Assembly: GCA_030141605.1 (NCBI GenBank)
Contig: JAQGDQ010000874.1
Coordinates: forward strand, 21,868 to 85,867
Reading direction: 5' to 3'
From: Tubiluchus corallicola
Taxonomy: Eukaryota; Animalia; Priapulida
DNA: 64,000 nucleotides
This document shows positions 1 through 18,244 of the stretch, in pieces (position 1 is the first letter of the stretch; every line of letters begins with the position of its first letter). The notes under the pieces are model-generated. The model searched no databases and had not been told where the DNA came from. It saw only the letters and a list, made by a program, of their open reading frames with translations. The position numbers and the translations under genes were made by a program.

Positions 1-588
1 ATAACTAAACGATGTTATTAACTATAAAACAATAACGATAAAAAACATCGCTGTGAATAAAAACGCGACCATCATTGTTCTCCTGTCCTTTCCTCTCCGC
101 ACTGCTCGTAGAGGGCAGCACCTTCCAATAAATAAGTGTCGTTATGCATATTGTAGTTACACTTAGTGTTTATCGTTTCACATTCATTCACTAACTGAAC
201 CATTGGTCAACTTACACTAACTAAACCATTGGTCAACTTACACGTGTTTCAATACCCTGTTTCGATTTATGGTTGCCACTTGCTCGCGAACCGAAATCAG
301 GAGCAAGAGCCAACTAGTGAGTCTGAGTCTTTTAGTTTAGTTTAAACATTATTTATTTACGATTTGATCAGACAGTTTGAACAACATGATTTAGGATCCT
401 CACCACAATAGACTACATACACTATTTACAAGAACATTTACAGTAAGAATAGACTATAACTACACAAGCTGACAAGTTTTACTACAAGATCACTTTAGGC
501 ATTAGTAGAAAATGACGGTTAGAAAATATTAATGTACGAATATTTAAGACTGACGCATTTCATATCAGATAGAAACTACTGGAAGCGT

Positions 589-891
589 TTAGTACGTAAT
601 ATAGTCATGTATGCAATGGAATATTTTACAGTTAGCAACATAGTTAAATTCATATTTTCTGAATAATAACAACTTCAACAGATCATTATTTCCTAAAACA
701 GTTATATTAAGGTTTTCGGGCTGAAGTATTACATTTAATTCATCAAACATAACTACCCTAGCTAGTTGATGCAATGGGCAGTACAACAAAAAGCGTTCAA
801 CAGACTCAAATCGAAATCCACAGTTACAATTCGGCAATATTTGATGACCGTTATTATCTTTACAGCCTTTATAGAAAAGGTCAAAGGTCAT
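589..891 (-). mobile_element. Degenerate 3' fragment of a non-LTR retrotransposon (LINE) ORF2
   Basis: The translation contains CNCG..ESVERFLLYCP...R, matching the C-x-CG..E..H(F)LL-x-CP zinc-knuckle tail found after LINE reverse transcriptases. No intact RT is visible. Confidence 0.6.
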
Positions 892-1465
892 AGTTTAGCT
901 GAGAAAATGCGATTCTCATGCGCGTATGATGCACTGATATTGGAGGTTTACCGGGTCTGGGTCTTTTCACAAACAAACCTCTTTTAACGTCTAAAGAAGC
1001 CTTTAGTCTAAAACTTGCAATAGTGCAAGAAGTGTACAACAATTTTGGGAATTCCAATTCCCTTTTGCAGTCCCATTTCTCACGGTTGTGAGATTTCTGG
1101 AGATAGCATTAATCAATCTATCTATCTATCTATGAATCAATCAATTTATTTCACTCCAGCAATACATATACAATACATCAACATACAATATTATTGAAAC
1201 AAAAAGAAACAGTATAGGTAAAAAACGTTGATGAAGTCAAATTAACCAAATAAAAGGCTAAAAAGGAAGAACACTTGTGTTGCAGCAAAAGTTCGTTTAA
1301 ATTTTGTTTCCTAAGTTTACTAGTTTTCTGCTTAAATTTCAATGTGATGGTCGAAATCAGGAGATTTCAGAATTTTTTAAATTTATGGCAGAATACCAGA
1401 AGCATCTGCGCCAAATAGGGAGTGATGGCAACCCTATTTCAATTGGTTATGTGAAAATAAAACTG

Positions 1466-2233
1466 GGCCAAGTTTCACAAAACCGTCACTAACTTAACGA
1501 CGTTGTTATTAACAGTTAATGAATGTAATAACGATGTAGTTAACTTAGTGAAGGCTTTATGAGACCGTCACTAACTTAACGACGTCGTTATTAACAGTTA
1601 ATGAATGTAATAACGATTTCGTTAACTTAGTGAAGGCTTTGTTTAACCGTCAGTAACTTAACGACGTCGTTATTAATAACTAAGTGAATGTAATAACGAT
1701 ATAGTTAACTTAGTGAAGGCTTTGTGAGACCGTCACTAACACAACGACGTCGTTATTAACAGTTAAGTGAATGTAATAACGATTTCGTTAACTTAGTGAT
1801 AGTTTTGTGAAACCGTCAGTAACTTAACGACGTCGTTATTAATAACTAAGTGAATGTAATAACGATATAGTTAACTTAGTGAAGGCTTTGTGAGACCGTC
1901 ACTAACATAACGACGTCGTTATTAACAGTTAAGTGAATGTAATAACGATTTCGTTAACTTAGTGATAGTTTTGTGAAACCGTCACTAACCTAACGACGTC
2001 GTTATTAATAGTTAATGAATGTAATAACGATATAGTTAACTTAGTGAAGGCTTTGTGAGACCGTCACTAACTTAACGACGTCGTTATTAACAGTTAAGTG
2101 AATGTAATAACGATTTCGTTAACTTAGTGAAGATTTTGTGAAACCCTCACTAACTTAACGACGTCGTTATTAACAGCTAAGTGAATGTAATAACGATGTC
2201 GTTAACTTAGCGACATCTTTGTGAAACTAACCC
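1466..2233. mobile_element. Harbinger/PIF-like MITE filled with about 9 tandem ~84-bp palindromic units
   Basis: Imperfect TIRs ggccaagtttcacaaa (1466-1481) and tttgtgaaactaaccc (2218-2233) are flanked by CTG on both sides (1463-65, 2234-36). The internal unit is aaccgtcactaacttaacgacgtcgttatta...taataacgatttcgttaacttagtgaaggctttgtga. Confidence 0.6.
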
Positions 2234-2282
2234 CTGGTATTTAAGAGTTAATGTTAATCATAATAATGTGGGCTTTTGGTAG

Positions 2283-8699
<6,417 letters not shown>

Positions 8700-9656
8700 C
8701 TTACAATGAACTCAAAATGCTGTTACAATACGAAACTAAGCAACATTCAACTGACGAAAGACATGCTGAAACATTTAACAATGAAGGTCAACCATGAGGC
8801 ATCATGATGAAATAGTTCACTACGAAAGTCAACCAACATTCCTGAATGGACTAATCAAAACAGTAACATTTGAATGCCCCACACTGGAAAACGTTTTCGA
8901 TATCAACTCACGTTTTACTGTACATAGTTAATGCGTGTTGGTGTGTACATAGCTGTATTATTGTCTTCCTCGCTTTTATTTGTAGAAATGCTTGACTTCA
9001 AGGACGTAATTGTCACTTCCGGGTTACAGAATCAGACGTTGTTGATTCAGACCTCGTGGAGACGCTCACAAGTAGCGTGAACTGTAACAAATTTGATGCT
9101 ATACAACTTAACAGGAAGAAATCTTTCATCGCGGAAACCTTTTGATGTTTTCGTGACAAGTTCTATTCAATTTATTTGACTCGCAACAGTTTGTGAAATG
9201 CACTGTTTGCAAAGTTGTTTGTGTAACTGTATTATTAATGAATGAATAATTTCATGGCCTGGTTAACTCATCATGTAATCTTGTAAAGCATTTTTTGAGA
9301 TTGTGACGCTTCACGAATTAAACGGATTATGAGAAAACCTGATTTGTTTGCTTGTGTATACTTGCGATAATTTTCACGGAATTAATATGCTTATTTGTAA
9401 GCAACTTACTTAAACCTGTTGAAAACTAATAATTAATATAGTAGGCAATTATCCACTTTTATAATGCAAACAGAGCACAAAATCGTACATTTTACTGTAA
9501 TGTGAAACATCACAGGCCAAAATAACTTAGTAAATTACAATGCATTTTGTGTAGCATTATCAAATTTTATTATTATTATTAAAACATTTCAAAAAATTAC
9601 ATAATTTTATAAAAGCTGAGACTGGTAGGCTATGTTAGCTCTTAGGCCAGCCTATA

Positions 9657-9942
9657 TTGTTACAACACAAAAGTATGAAGGAACACGAAATGATTACACT
9701 AAACGTGAATCTGGAAAACGTTTGAGTGTATCTGAAAATGTAAGCATACAAGAGAATGTGTAAGTATATGTCCGTGCGAAATCTGCGTGCCTCTGTCAGC
9801 GGCCTGCTTCGCCTTATATAGCGCCCCAAGAACTTTCCAGAAGTAATGTTCCAGAACATTCCAGACGGTAAGACGATCATTCCAACAGAACATTCTACAA
9901 TGTTCTATGTAATTCTAATAGATGCTAGCGATCTCCACAACA
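9657..9942 (-). mobile_element. Partial solo LTR, same family as 58315-58686
   Basis: The reverse complement starts tgttgtggagatcgctagcatctattagaatt and aligns by eye with 58315 onward. Confidence 0.6.
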
Positions 9943-11063
9943 TCACTTTGGGAGGTTCCTTTCACTGTTATGCCAGAAAGTCATCCTTTGCTAAATAGAT
10001 AAACGCTTTTAAAACTTCTGTATTGCTTTCGTCTATAATCTGATTCATATCTAATGTTGGTAAATTATCTATTAAATCATTTCTGTTGATCGTATTGACT
10101 AGATGGTATTCAAACAATAAACAATGTGAAGCTTGTCTACCATTCATACATTTACATACATCAGTATTAGCATAAATCACATTGTTATGTAGCCTTCACT
10201 ATTTCATTCATGTTCCAAAGTCGTTTATTCTAAAGAGAATAATAAAGAGAACATTAACAAGTAAGAAAAATAAATAGAATGATAAACAGAAGATTAATAA
10301 TTAAGAAGAAGTCAACTTATTGGTAAAAGTACTTTCTCAAATTTCAGAGATCGAATTCATAAACTTAATTAAATTATTTAAATTCATGTAACTTACATCG
10401 TTGGCTCTGCGTCAAGATTTAACATTTCTCAAGGTACAAAGTTGGTCATAACTAAACGCTGTTATTAACTATAACACAATAACGATAAAAAACATTGCTG
10501 TAAATAAAAACACGACCATCATTGTTCTCCTCATGTTCTTGCCTCTCCGCACTGCTCTTAGAGGGCAGCACCTTCCCATTAATAAGTGTCGTTATGCATA
10601 TTCCAGTTACACACATATAAATGTTTAAACAAGTAAGATGGTTATTCTCCTACAAGTAAAGTCTGTGCTCATACAGTCATAGGTCATAGGTCTTATATAA
10701 GACGTATTTTAGTTTAGTTTATTTTTATTTCTAAAATGCCAATAAGTACAACATTGTTATAGTTTTATATAGAAACTGTTACTACAGCAAATAAATTAAA
10801 TTTAAATTCACCATAAATTGATATAACGACTCAGACCAAGAAGATAGACTTGTACTGAGCTGAGCAGAAACCAAAACGGAAAGAGAAAGATCAGAAGTAA
10901 AAGGTGCAGGATGAAGAAGCAAAAAATGAAATACAAGGGGGTAAGAAGGATAAGGATATGACAATGCAGGGCGAATGGGATGGTGATGAAAATGAAGATT
11001 AGACTCAGCCGAGTCACTGCAAACATCAGTACGAATCAAGGCAGGGACAAATAACCTCAGTAG

Positions 11064-11440
11064 CAGGGGCGAGCATCGAACGTTCGAACTCGATTCGAAT
11101 CCAAAACTATAGATTCGAATAATTCAGCACTTCAATCATATATGTTCTTTATCACTAAAACGATTGAAACAACATGCAACTAACATAATTTAGCTGTGAT
11201 TTCTGCGCACAATTTTAAAGCAATTACTAGTCGTTTTATTGTAGAACAAAATCTAGTGATATGCATGATCTTTGTAAGACAAATTTTTACTGGTGGTGCG
11301 AAAACTTGTTCGAAAATCTTTCAATCTCAATTCGAATTCGGTTCGAATTCGAAACACTGAAGTTCCGTTCGATTCGAATTCGAAAGTCACAAATTCGGTT
11401 CGATTCGAATTCGCTTTCTGGTAGAAAATGATCACCCCTA
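11064..11440 (+). mobile_element. hAT-type MITE with 8-bp TSD
   Basis: Ends CAGGGGCGAGCAT and ATGATCACCCCTA, with TSD ctcagtag at 11056-63 and 11441-48. Homologous to 38834-39240 and about 61828-62224. Confidence 0.8.
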
Positions 11441-11551
11441 CTCAGTAGTTCTTCTATGCTTCTTGGTGCGGTCCTGAAAGAGCTATACTTCTTGGTGCGG
11501 TCCTGAAAGAGTTAATATCCAATAAAGCCTGGTGAAAGTGCCAGTGCTGTC

Positions 11552-12556
11552 CTAATTCAATGTAGGCCTACTGACTTCGGAATTAATCACAACTACATTT
11601 CTTTTACAAACGACCTTCAAGAAGATCAAGCGAAGATTTTTCACTTTCCAAAAATATAATATTGCATTCATGAGTCCGTCCATGTTCAACATGATGAGAC
11701 CAAAACGCTTCAGTGATTCGTTTGCTATGCCACAAGCGTGGTAAAGAGTTAAATGCAAAAAGATTGGTGTGAGACATATTATCGAACTACAGGCAATCAG
11801 AAAAACCGAAGTGGCAGTTTTGAATTGTTCTTTTAGTCTCGGATACCATCTATCACCATTTGCAACCACAGGTAATATCATCGGCACGAGTCTGGACTTG
11901 TGCTGCAACACAATTTTGAATATGTTAACATAAACAAATGTTATTGCAGTAAAAATTGCCAAAAACTGGGCAGTAAAATAATGAGCGACACCAGGCAGAA
12001 CTAAACGATCAATGAGACAAGCTCTGGCATCCTTCGTTTCTGAAAATGACTCCAGTATGAATTTAGCTGATCCTGCGATTCCAACGAGAACTGAATAAAT
12101 CCAGGATGAAACGATCATAACGGCTGCCACTCGTTTAGAGAATATCGTGGAATAATGCATGGGGTATATGATGGCTACATATCGGTCAAAGGTCAAGAGT
12201 AGTTGAGTGACCAAGCTCTGAGTGACCAATGTAAAGACAGCAGAGACGTTCAAGGAGCAGTAAACTTTATTAAAACCGACTATTACCTGCCTCGTTGCGA
12301 ACAGCTGTAAACCATAGATACCAAGAATACCATCATTAAGTGCCAGATTTGCCAAAAGTAAGTTAGCTGCTGTTCTCAACGAGTCGACAGAAACCAGAAG
12401 GACGACGACACAGGCATCTAGTCCAATAAGAACCATCATTAACGTCATGAATACGACTAAGAAGATCACCATGACAACCACATTATTTGCAGCATCTTCA
12501 TCAGTATCAATGACAGATTCCACTGTGCTATTCCACGGTGACAGTGAAACATTCAT
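11552..12556 (-). CDS. Intronless rhodopsin-like (class A) GPCR, orphan
   Basis: 334-aa ORF with 7 hydrophobic segments and N-terminal N-glycosylation sequons (NVS, NST). Motifs: TM2 NLALND, TM3 Cys and FDRYVAI, TM4 W, TM6 CLTP, TM7 MNAILY, helix 8. Confidence 0.9.
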   Translation of the reverse strand: MNVSLSPWNSTVESVIDTDEDAANNVVVMVIFLVVFMTLMMVLIGLDACVVVLLVSVDSLRTAANLLLANLALNDGILGIYGLQLFATRQVIVGFNKVYCSLNVSAVFTLVTQSLVTQLLLTFDRYVAIIYPMHYSTIFSKRVAAVMIVSSWIYSVLVGIAGSAKFILESFSETKDARACLIDRLVLPGVAHYFTAQFLAIFTAITFVYVNIFKIVLQHKSRLVPMILPVVANGDRWYPRLKEQFKTATSVFLIACSSIICLTPIFLHLTLYHACGIANESLKRFGLIMLNMDGLMNAILYFWKVKNLRLIFLKVVCKRNVVVINSEVSRPTLN

Positions 12557-13868
12557 TCTTCTGCTTTTTTATTGTTACTGGAACTTGGAAAAATGTCTAG
12601 TAGGCTGAAGGTTCTGCTTGACTATCTTGCTATGTTACAGCCTTGACACCATTTAACATAATCTAAACTTCTATTCAAATCTTAGCTCTGATAACATAAT
12701 TTTGCACGCGCATGCGCAGGATTACAAAACGTTTAATGCAAATCTTAGCTCTGATAACTAAACATTGCACGCGCATGCGCAGGATAACAGAACGTTTAAT
12801 TTAATTATGTAAGACTAAGGTTAGGTTTTCTGTCCTTTAACAATAACAATGTCATGCAGTCACTTATCCAACTGAACAATTAGGTTTAAATTCAGCGATT
12901 TAAATACAAATGACTGCACAGCGCGATAAATAAGCTTCAAACAAATCGAAAATCAACTCAGCACCGTATTGCATGTCAAAGTAATTATGTGAAGCCAGAC
13001 AATTATGTGAAGCCACAATAATAGCATTAAAATGTAACTTCAAAGCGCCTACGCAGAGGAAATGTCGTGCACTGCACAAAAAAGGCAAAATCATGATCAT
13101 TATTTTATTGATGTTTTAATTCAACTGACAATAAACGCCACGCTGCCGTCAACACAAATATTGAAAAAAGCACAAAGAAACTATTGCAGGAGGCGTTGGC
13201 ACTGCTTTTAACTCCTTCGGGAGTGTGCGCCATTCAAAATAGGACTGACAACACCTATGGTTTTTCTGCTACTATACGAGCACAGACACAGGACCGCACC
13301 ATGAAGGACAGGTCTTATAAGATTTGTGACTTTCTGCTACTGTACGAGCACAGACATAACTAAATGATTACAAATTAGGTACTGTTCTATTCGGGAGAAT
13401 CTCGGCTATCCAATCGTGCTATTTGTTTAAACATTTATAAGTGATTTAATTGGATAAGATTAAAAAAAGCCCACCCTTTTCAGGCACTCAAACTTAGCCT
13501 ATTGAGTAGCATAGTCTGGTGTACAGTTGCATGATCGTACACACTATTTTATTGGTCGCCTGTTTGTTGAGCCCAAGAGAACTGTCTGCTGTACAGATTT
13601 CCAGGAAAAACCAACCGATCAATCAAGGATAAATTAAGGTCGTCTCAAATTCCAACAGGAATTTCTGCTTAAAAATAGAATATACTTGAGGCCAAAGTAT
13701 ATCAGAGTGTTATGCCTGGACAGTTGAAATTTTCTGCAAAAGCCGATTTCATACAAGTGATACTGTACACTGAGTTCCCAAATACAAATATTTGCTTGGA
13801 ATTCATGTAATACTTATTAAAACATTGAATTTCTGATGACTAGATTTGACCAAATGACTAATGCATTT

Positions 13869-16142
13869 CTAATATGCACTTTGCTGTTTCTTATCACTTT
13901 CTTCTATCCAATCCCAAACGTTTCTTAAATACAAATCAGTTTCTCCAATTTGCGCCTTGTTCAATATTCCTTCCCCCTGTTTTACTGCATGTGTTTTTAG
14001 TATAGCATGGTACTTTTCAAAATCTGGTTCCATTACACCTTTTTTTGATGGTATGGCATCAATATCAAATTTGTTGGCTATAGCATGTGCTGCGTTTTCT
14101 GCCAATGTTAACAATGGAATGCCACTCATTTCTTTATGTTTTAGATCTTCTAAGATATTGACATCATTTAGCAGTGGGTGAAACATTGCGCCTTCTCGGC
14201 AACAGTCCCCAATGTACTGGAATATAGAGACAGCATGAGCTTTCAAGTTTTCTGTGCTCCAGTCATCTTTAGTGGTCACCACTTCATGCAAGAAGGCAAC
14301 TTTTAACATGTAAGAGTCAATGACCTTATCTGGTTGATACTTTATTGCTCTGTATAATTCTGGCAAGTTGACATCTAAACTGACCAAAATGGGGTGGAAT
14401 GCTGAAGCATCAGGATTGGGATATAAATGTATTTCTTTGTTGCAAGAATACAGGACAGGCTTTACTAGCACCTTTATGAGGATCAACACCATCTTACGGC
14501 TGTTGTCTAAGTTCTTTATAAATTCACATTCAGCAACAGCAAATGTGGGTTCAACTTTTGTTTTTGATTCGTCTGGTTTGACCACGTAGTGATAACTCTT
14601 GACAAACTTTGGCCATTTATCATTGGCATTCTTTGGTACTCCCACTTTTTCAAAACATGGTGTCACATCTACAGAGACTTGTACTATTTTTTTGTTTGGC
14701 AACAGAACACATAATTTCAAACATGTACAGACTTTATTCCATTCCACTACACGTGGAAAGCTGTTTGGCACAATTATTTCTTTAAATTTCTCTTCTTGCA
14801 AAGCTGTTGCCACGGCTCTGCACAGGGATTGGGAAAACATCTCCTTTAATTTTCGTAAATCTGCTGTGAAATCTCCGTGCAGCTTTTCATATTGTACCAC
14901 AACAAAAAAATCAAACTCATCTGGCTGGCCAATCTTTACTCCACAAGCTGAACTGCCAACCAGTATGGGCACAAATCTTATACGATGATTTTCGTAAAGA
15001 ATTCTGCTAACGGCATCTAACAATTCCTTTATATTGGTTCTAATATCGTCAAATTCTTCCACATTTGAAATTGTTCCTAATCCAGGCTCGGAAACCAAGC
15101 CCTTTAGAGGCAATCCACAAATATTTTTTGACACTGTTTCATCATCCCCTGTGACAGAAAGCTCTGAAGACACTTCTTGCCACATTTGAAAGTACCGATA
15201 AGAAAGAAAAAGTCCTGCAATTTGTTTGAAATTTTGGTTCAATGCCTTTTCGTAAGCTCGTTGGATGCACATATCATAAGCCGTTTCATGAAAGTCATTT
15301 AACATTTCGGTCTGAACTCCTACATCAATGAGGTATTTAACAACGTCTACACTTTGAGCTGATGAGTGAGCATTATAACAAGCCAGATGAATTAGACTTC
15401 CTCCATTGTAAAGTTTATTTACTATCTGCCTTACTACTTCGCCTGAATACGTATCTTGCACATTTTCATATATTAATTTAAGAACATCCAGTCTACCTTT
15501 CATACATGCTAGGGTGAGTGGGGTCCAACCCTGATTATTTTCTGCCAGAATGTCAGAGCCCGCAAAAATCAGAACTGCTGCACAATGAACATGTCCTTGC
15601 ATTGCTGCCGTATGCAGAGCGGTATCACCTTTTGTGTCTAGGTAGCAGACATTTGCACCTTTGAGAAGCAGCAAAACAAGGGTTCCAAAGTGCCCTTGAT
15701 TTGCTGCAGCACGGAGGGGAGGACCACCAACTGAAATGTAAGGATGTTCATCAATTTTGGCGCCATATTTAATTAACAGCTTCACTATTTCAGTGTGGCC
15801 TTCCGATGATGCATGCTGTATAGGTCGTAGTTTAAACTTTTCTGAGAAGCAATCAACTTCTGCTCCATGAACCAACAGCATTTCACAAATTTCTGTATGT
15901 CCCGCTAAAGCTGCTAATATTAAAGGCGACCATGCTTTGCTTCTAGAAAGACAGTTTATTTCAGCACCCCGTTCAATGAGTTGCTGTACAAGAGAAGTGT
16001 GTCCCAAATAACATGCAATTCCAAGGGGGGTTCTTAAACTCTCATTAAATCTGAAGCCTGGATCATCTAGTTTTCTAGTGATTCGTGATTCACTTTCCAT
16101 TTCTGCTCCTCTGTTGAGAAGTTCATCAACAAGCTCAGGCAT
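13869..16142 (-). CDS. Ankyrin-repeat + Mab-21/cGAS-like nucleotidyltransferase (cGLR candidate), intronless
   Basis: 757-aa ORF with about 8 ankyrin repeats (TPLGIAC..GH, SPLILAA..GH, TALHTAA..GH etc.). These are followed by the NTase motifs LVGSSACGVKIGQPDEFDF, VSVDVTP and LILIKVL, then the Mab-21 C-lobe motifs DSYMLKVAFLH and FHPLLNDVNIL. Confidence 0.88.
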   Translation of the reverse strand: MPELVDELLNRGAEMESESRITRKLDDPGFRFNESLRTPLGIACYLGHTSLVQQLIERGAEINCLSRSKAWSPLILAALAGHTEICEMLLVHGAEVDCFSEKFKLRPIQHASSEGHTEIVKLLIKYGAKIDEHPYISVGGPPLRAAANQGHFGTLVLLLLKGANVCYLDTKGDTALHTAAMQGHVHCAAVLIFAGSDILAENNQGWTPLTLACMKGRLDVLKLIYENVQDTYSGEVVRQIVNKLYNGGSLIHLACYNAHSSAQSVDVVKYLIDVGVQTEMLNDFHETAYDMCIQRAYEKALNQNFKQIAGLFLSYRYFQMWQEVSSELSVTGDDETVSKNICGLPLKGLVSEPGLGTISNVEEFDDIRTNIKELLDAVSRILYENHRIRFVPILVGSSACGVKIGQPDEFDFFVVVQYEKLHGDFTADLRKLKEMFSQSLCRAVATALQEEKFKEIIVPNSFPRVVEWNKVCTCLKLCVLLPNKKIVQVSVDVTPCFEKVGVPKNANDKWPKFVKSYHYVVKPDESKTKVEPTFAVAECEFIKNLDNSRKMVLILIKVLVKPVLYSCNKEIHLYPNPDASAFHPILVSLDVNLPELYRAIKYQPDKVIDSYMLKVAFLHEVVTTKDDWSTENLKAHAVSIFQYIGDCCREGAMFHPLLNDVNILEDLKHKEMSGIPLLTLAENAAHAIANKFDIDAIPSKKGVMEPDFEKYHAILKTHAVKQGEGILNKAQIGETDLYLRNVWDWIEESDKKQQSAY

Positions 16143-17709
16143 GTTAAAGTGCGTAGCAGAATGTAGCAGCTTGTTGAGCCCTCGTGTTCTGTCTTCACCA
16201 ACTGAAGGAGCTAATTGAGTTGTAACGTCACGAGTGCCGATTTTTGTTCAGCGTCTGACACACTGTCAATAAGTACCTCGATTCTTTCCATATCAACAAT
16301 CAAAAACACTTCTCACTGTAATCTTTTAGTCAGGTAGCAAAAAACCGAAGTGGCTAATTTATATTGTGTATCAAAACTATCACACAAACAGCATACAAAA
16401 TGGTCTTATGTTTTATTTTATTTTCAAGCACGTAAACTTGTACCAGATAGTAGAACGTTCTAGCGAATAATAATTCCACAAGGTGTAATAGTAAAATTTG
16501 TGCATATTGTGCATCGTGATATTAAGACTGACCTTTGCACCTTAATCACAGCAAACTGATGACAAACAAACAAACAACTTTTCTTGGCAAATAAGACGCA
16601 GTTTGTCTAAGCACTGTTATCAGATGTAAATAAGGAAGCATGGCGTCTTGGAGAAATTGTTGCTGTATATTTAATTCTAAACATGGACTCTTGATACAGT
16701 CTTTTAGGTTCATTTTGTTTATTTATTGGTGGCCATTACATATTTTCAAGGCTTGATAATGTAGTTGTACTCAAAATGAAAATATAATTACTATAGAGCT
16801 AGCAATAATTATATATGTACAAGAAAAATATACCCAGTCTAAAGGTTGCTGTGACGTCAGCCTGGAATATAAGAACTACCGAGCAGCATTGCAACCCATT
16901 TTAATATAGTTGACTTTGTATTCTAGTATGATTTTGTGTATATCCTATACTTAGGTTGCTCTTAATTTAGTTAATTACTTATGTTAATTGAATGAGTCAT
17001 TAGTTAATTACTCATTAAGCGAATTTATCTACTACAATAAAGCAAGTAGTGACTGTAGGTATATGAGCATGCACCTAGTTCGCTCTGGGAAGGGTCCCAC
17101 CTCATACCTGTCCTAGATCTCCTTTACAAGAAAGTAAGTGATTGGTCATACGCTCAACTGAACAGGCTATCTAGCCAATAAATTGTCGTGTTAAAGGACA
17201 AGGTCATCCAGTTTTACCTGTTCTAGAAATTGAAACCCGGTTCAACACAGTGTGGCTTCCGATGAACATTTATTAATAATCGAAGTCAAGACTTAATTAC
17301 TGTGGCGTCAGAAAGTGATTAAAGGGCACTGACACACCAAAGGGTTTGGTGTTCGAGCCGTGAGGCGAAAACACCAATAAACTGGCTATTATTCGTTATT
17401 TTATGTTCTGCTGTAAACGGAAATTCAGGAGATCTGATGCAGAAACAACCAAGCGATGACCAGACGTTGTATCAGTGGTTCCACGAGCTCCACGGGCCAG
17501 GACTCCACTGCACTCCACTAGGATTGGAGTACTTTACCACTTATGACTCCGGTACACCTGACACGCATTGTAGAAGTGGTCACATTCCGCCCTGCTCGAG
17601 CTTTGGACGAGTAACTGCTCAAGATTCCACGAAGTTCGCATAGTCACGTTATTCCAGCTTCCAGAGTGATGGAGAACGTCAAATGTTGGAATCCAACAGT
17701 GTCCGACTT

Positions 17710-18244
17710 TTCAGGCACTCCAACGTAGCCTATTGAGTAGCTTAGCCTGGTGTACACTTGCGTGATCGTACACATTATTTTATTCATTGCCTGCTTGCTA
17801 CAGCCTAAGCTGTTTCACTGTTCTACTGCTATTCCAGGAAAAAACAACTCGTCTGCCAAGAAGAAATTAAGGTCGTTTCATCTTTTAATGAGAATTTCGC
17901 CTTAAAACTAGAGTAGAGTTGAGACCAAAGTTTATCAGAGTGTTGTGTCTGGACAGTTGAAATTTTCAACATTAGCTGATTTCACACAAGTGACACTGTA
18001 CATTGTTACAGTGCAAACACTGCAGTTGCTGCAAGCTCTTTGCAATTTATTCGTCAAAAATCGATTTTTAAGTTGTCTAAGGTAAGCAAATGCATTTCAT
18101 TTATAATTTTGCATGAAAATCCATTGTGTGAGGAGTAGAAACCTACAAAAATTGTCAAATATAATGTAATTGTTGGATAGTAAGAGCAATGTCTCATGAA
18201 CCCGTGCAAAATGCAGCGAGCCCTTGTGGTCATGAAGAAGTTAA
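17710..18244 (+). mobile_element. piggyBac-like non-autonomous element, right arm; family copies at about 13208-13772, 39455-39963, 41880-42275, 59028-59430(-)
   Basis: Homologous ~500-bp body ending in gaag(a/g)agTTAA. Confidence 0.6.
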
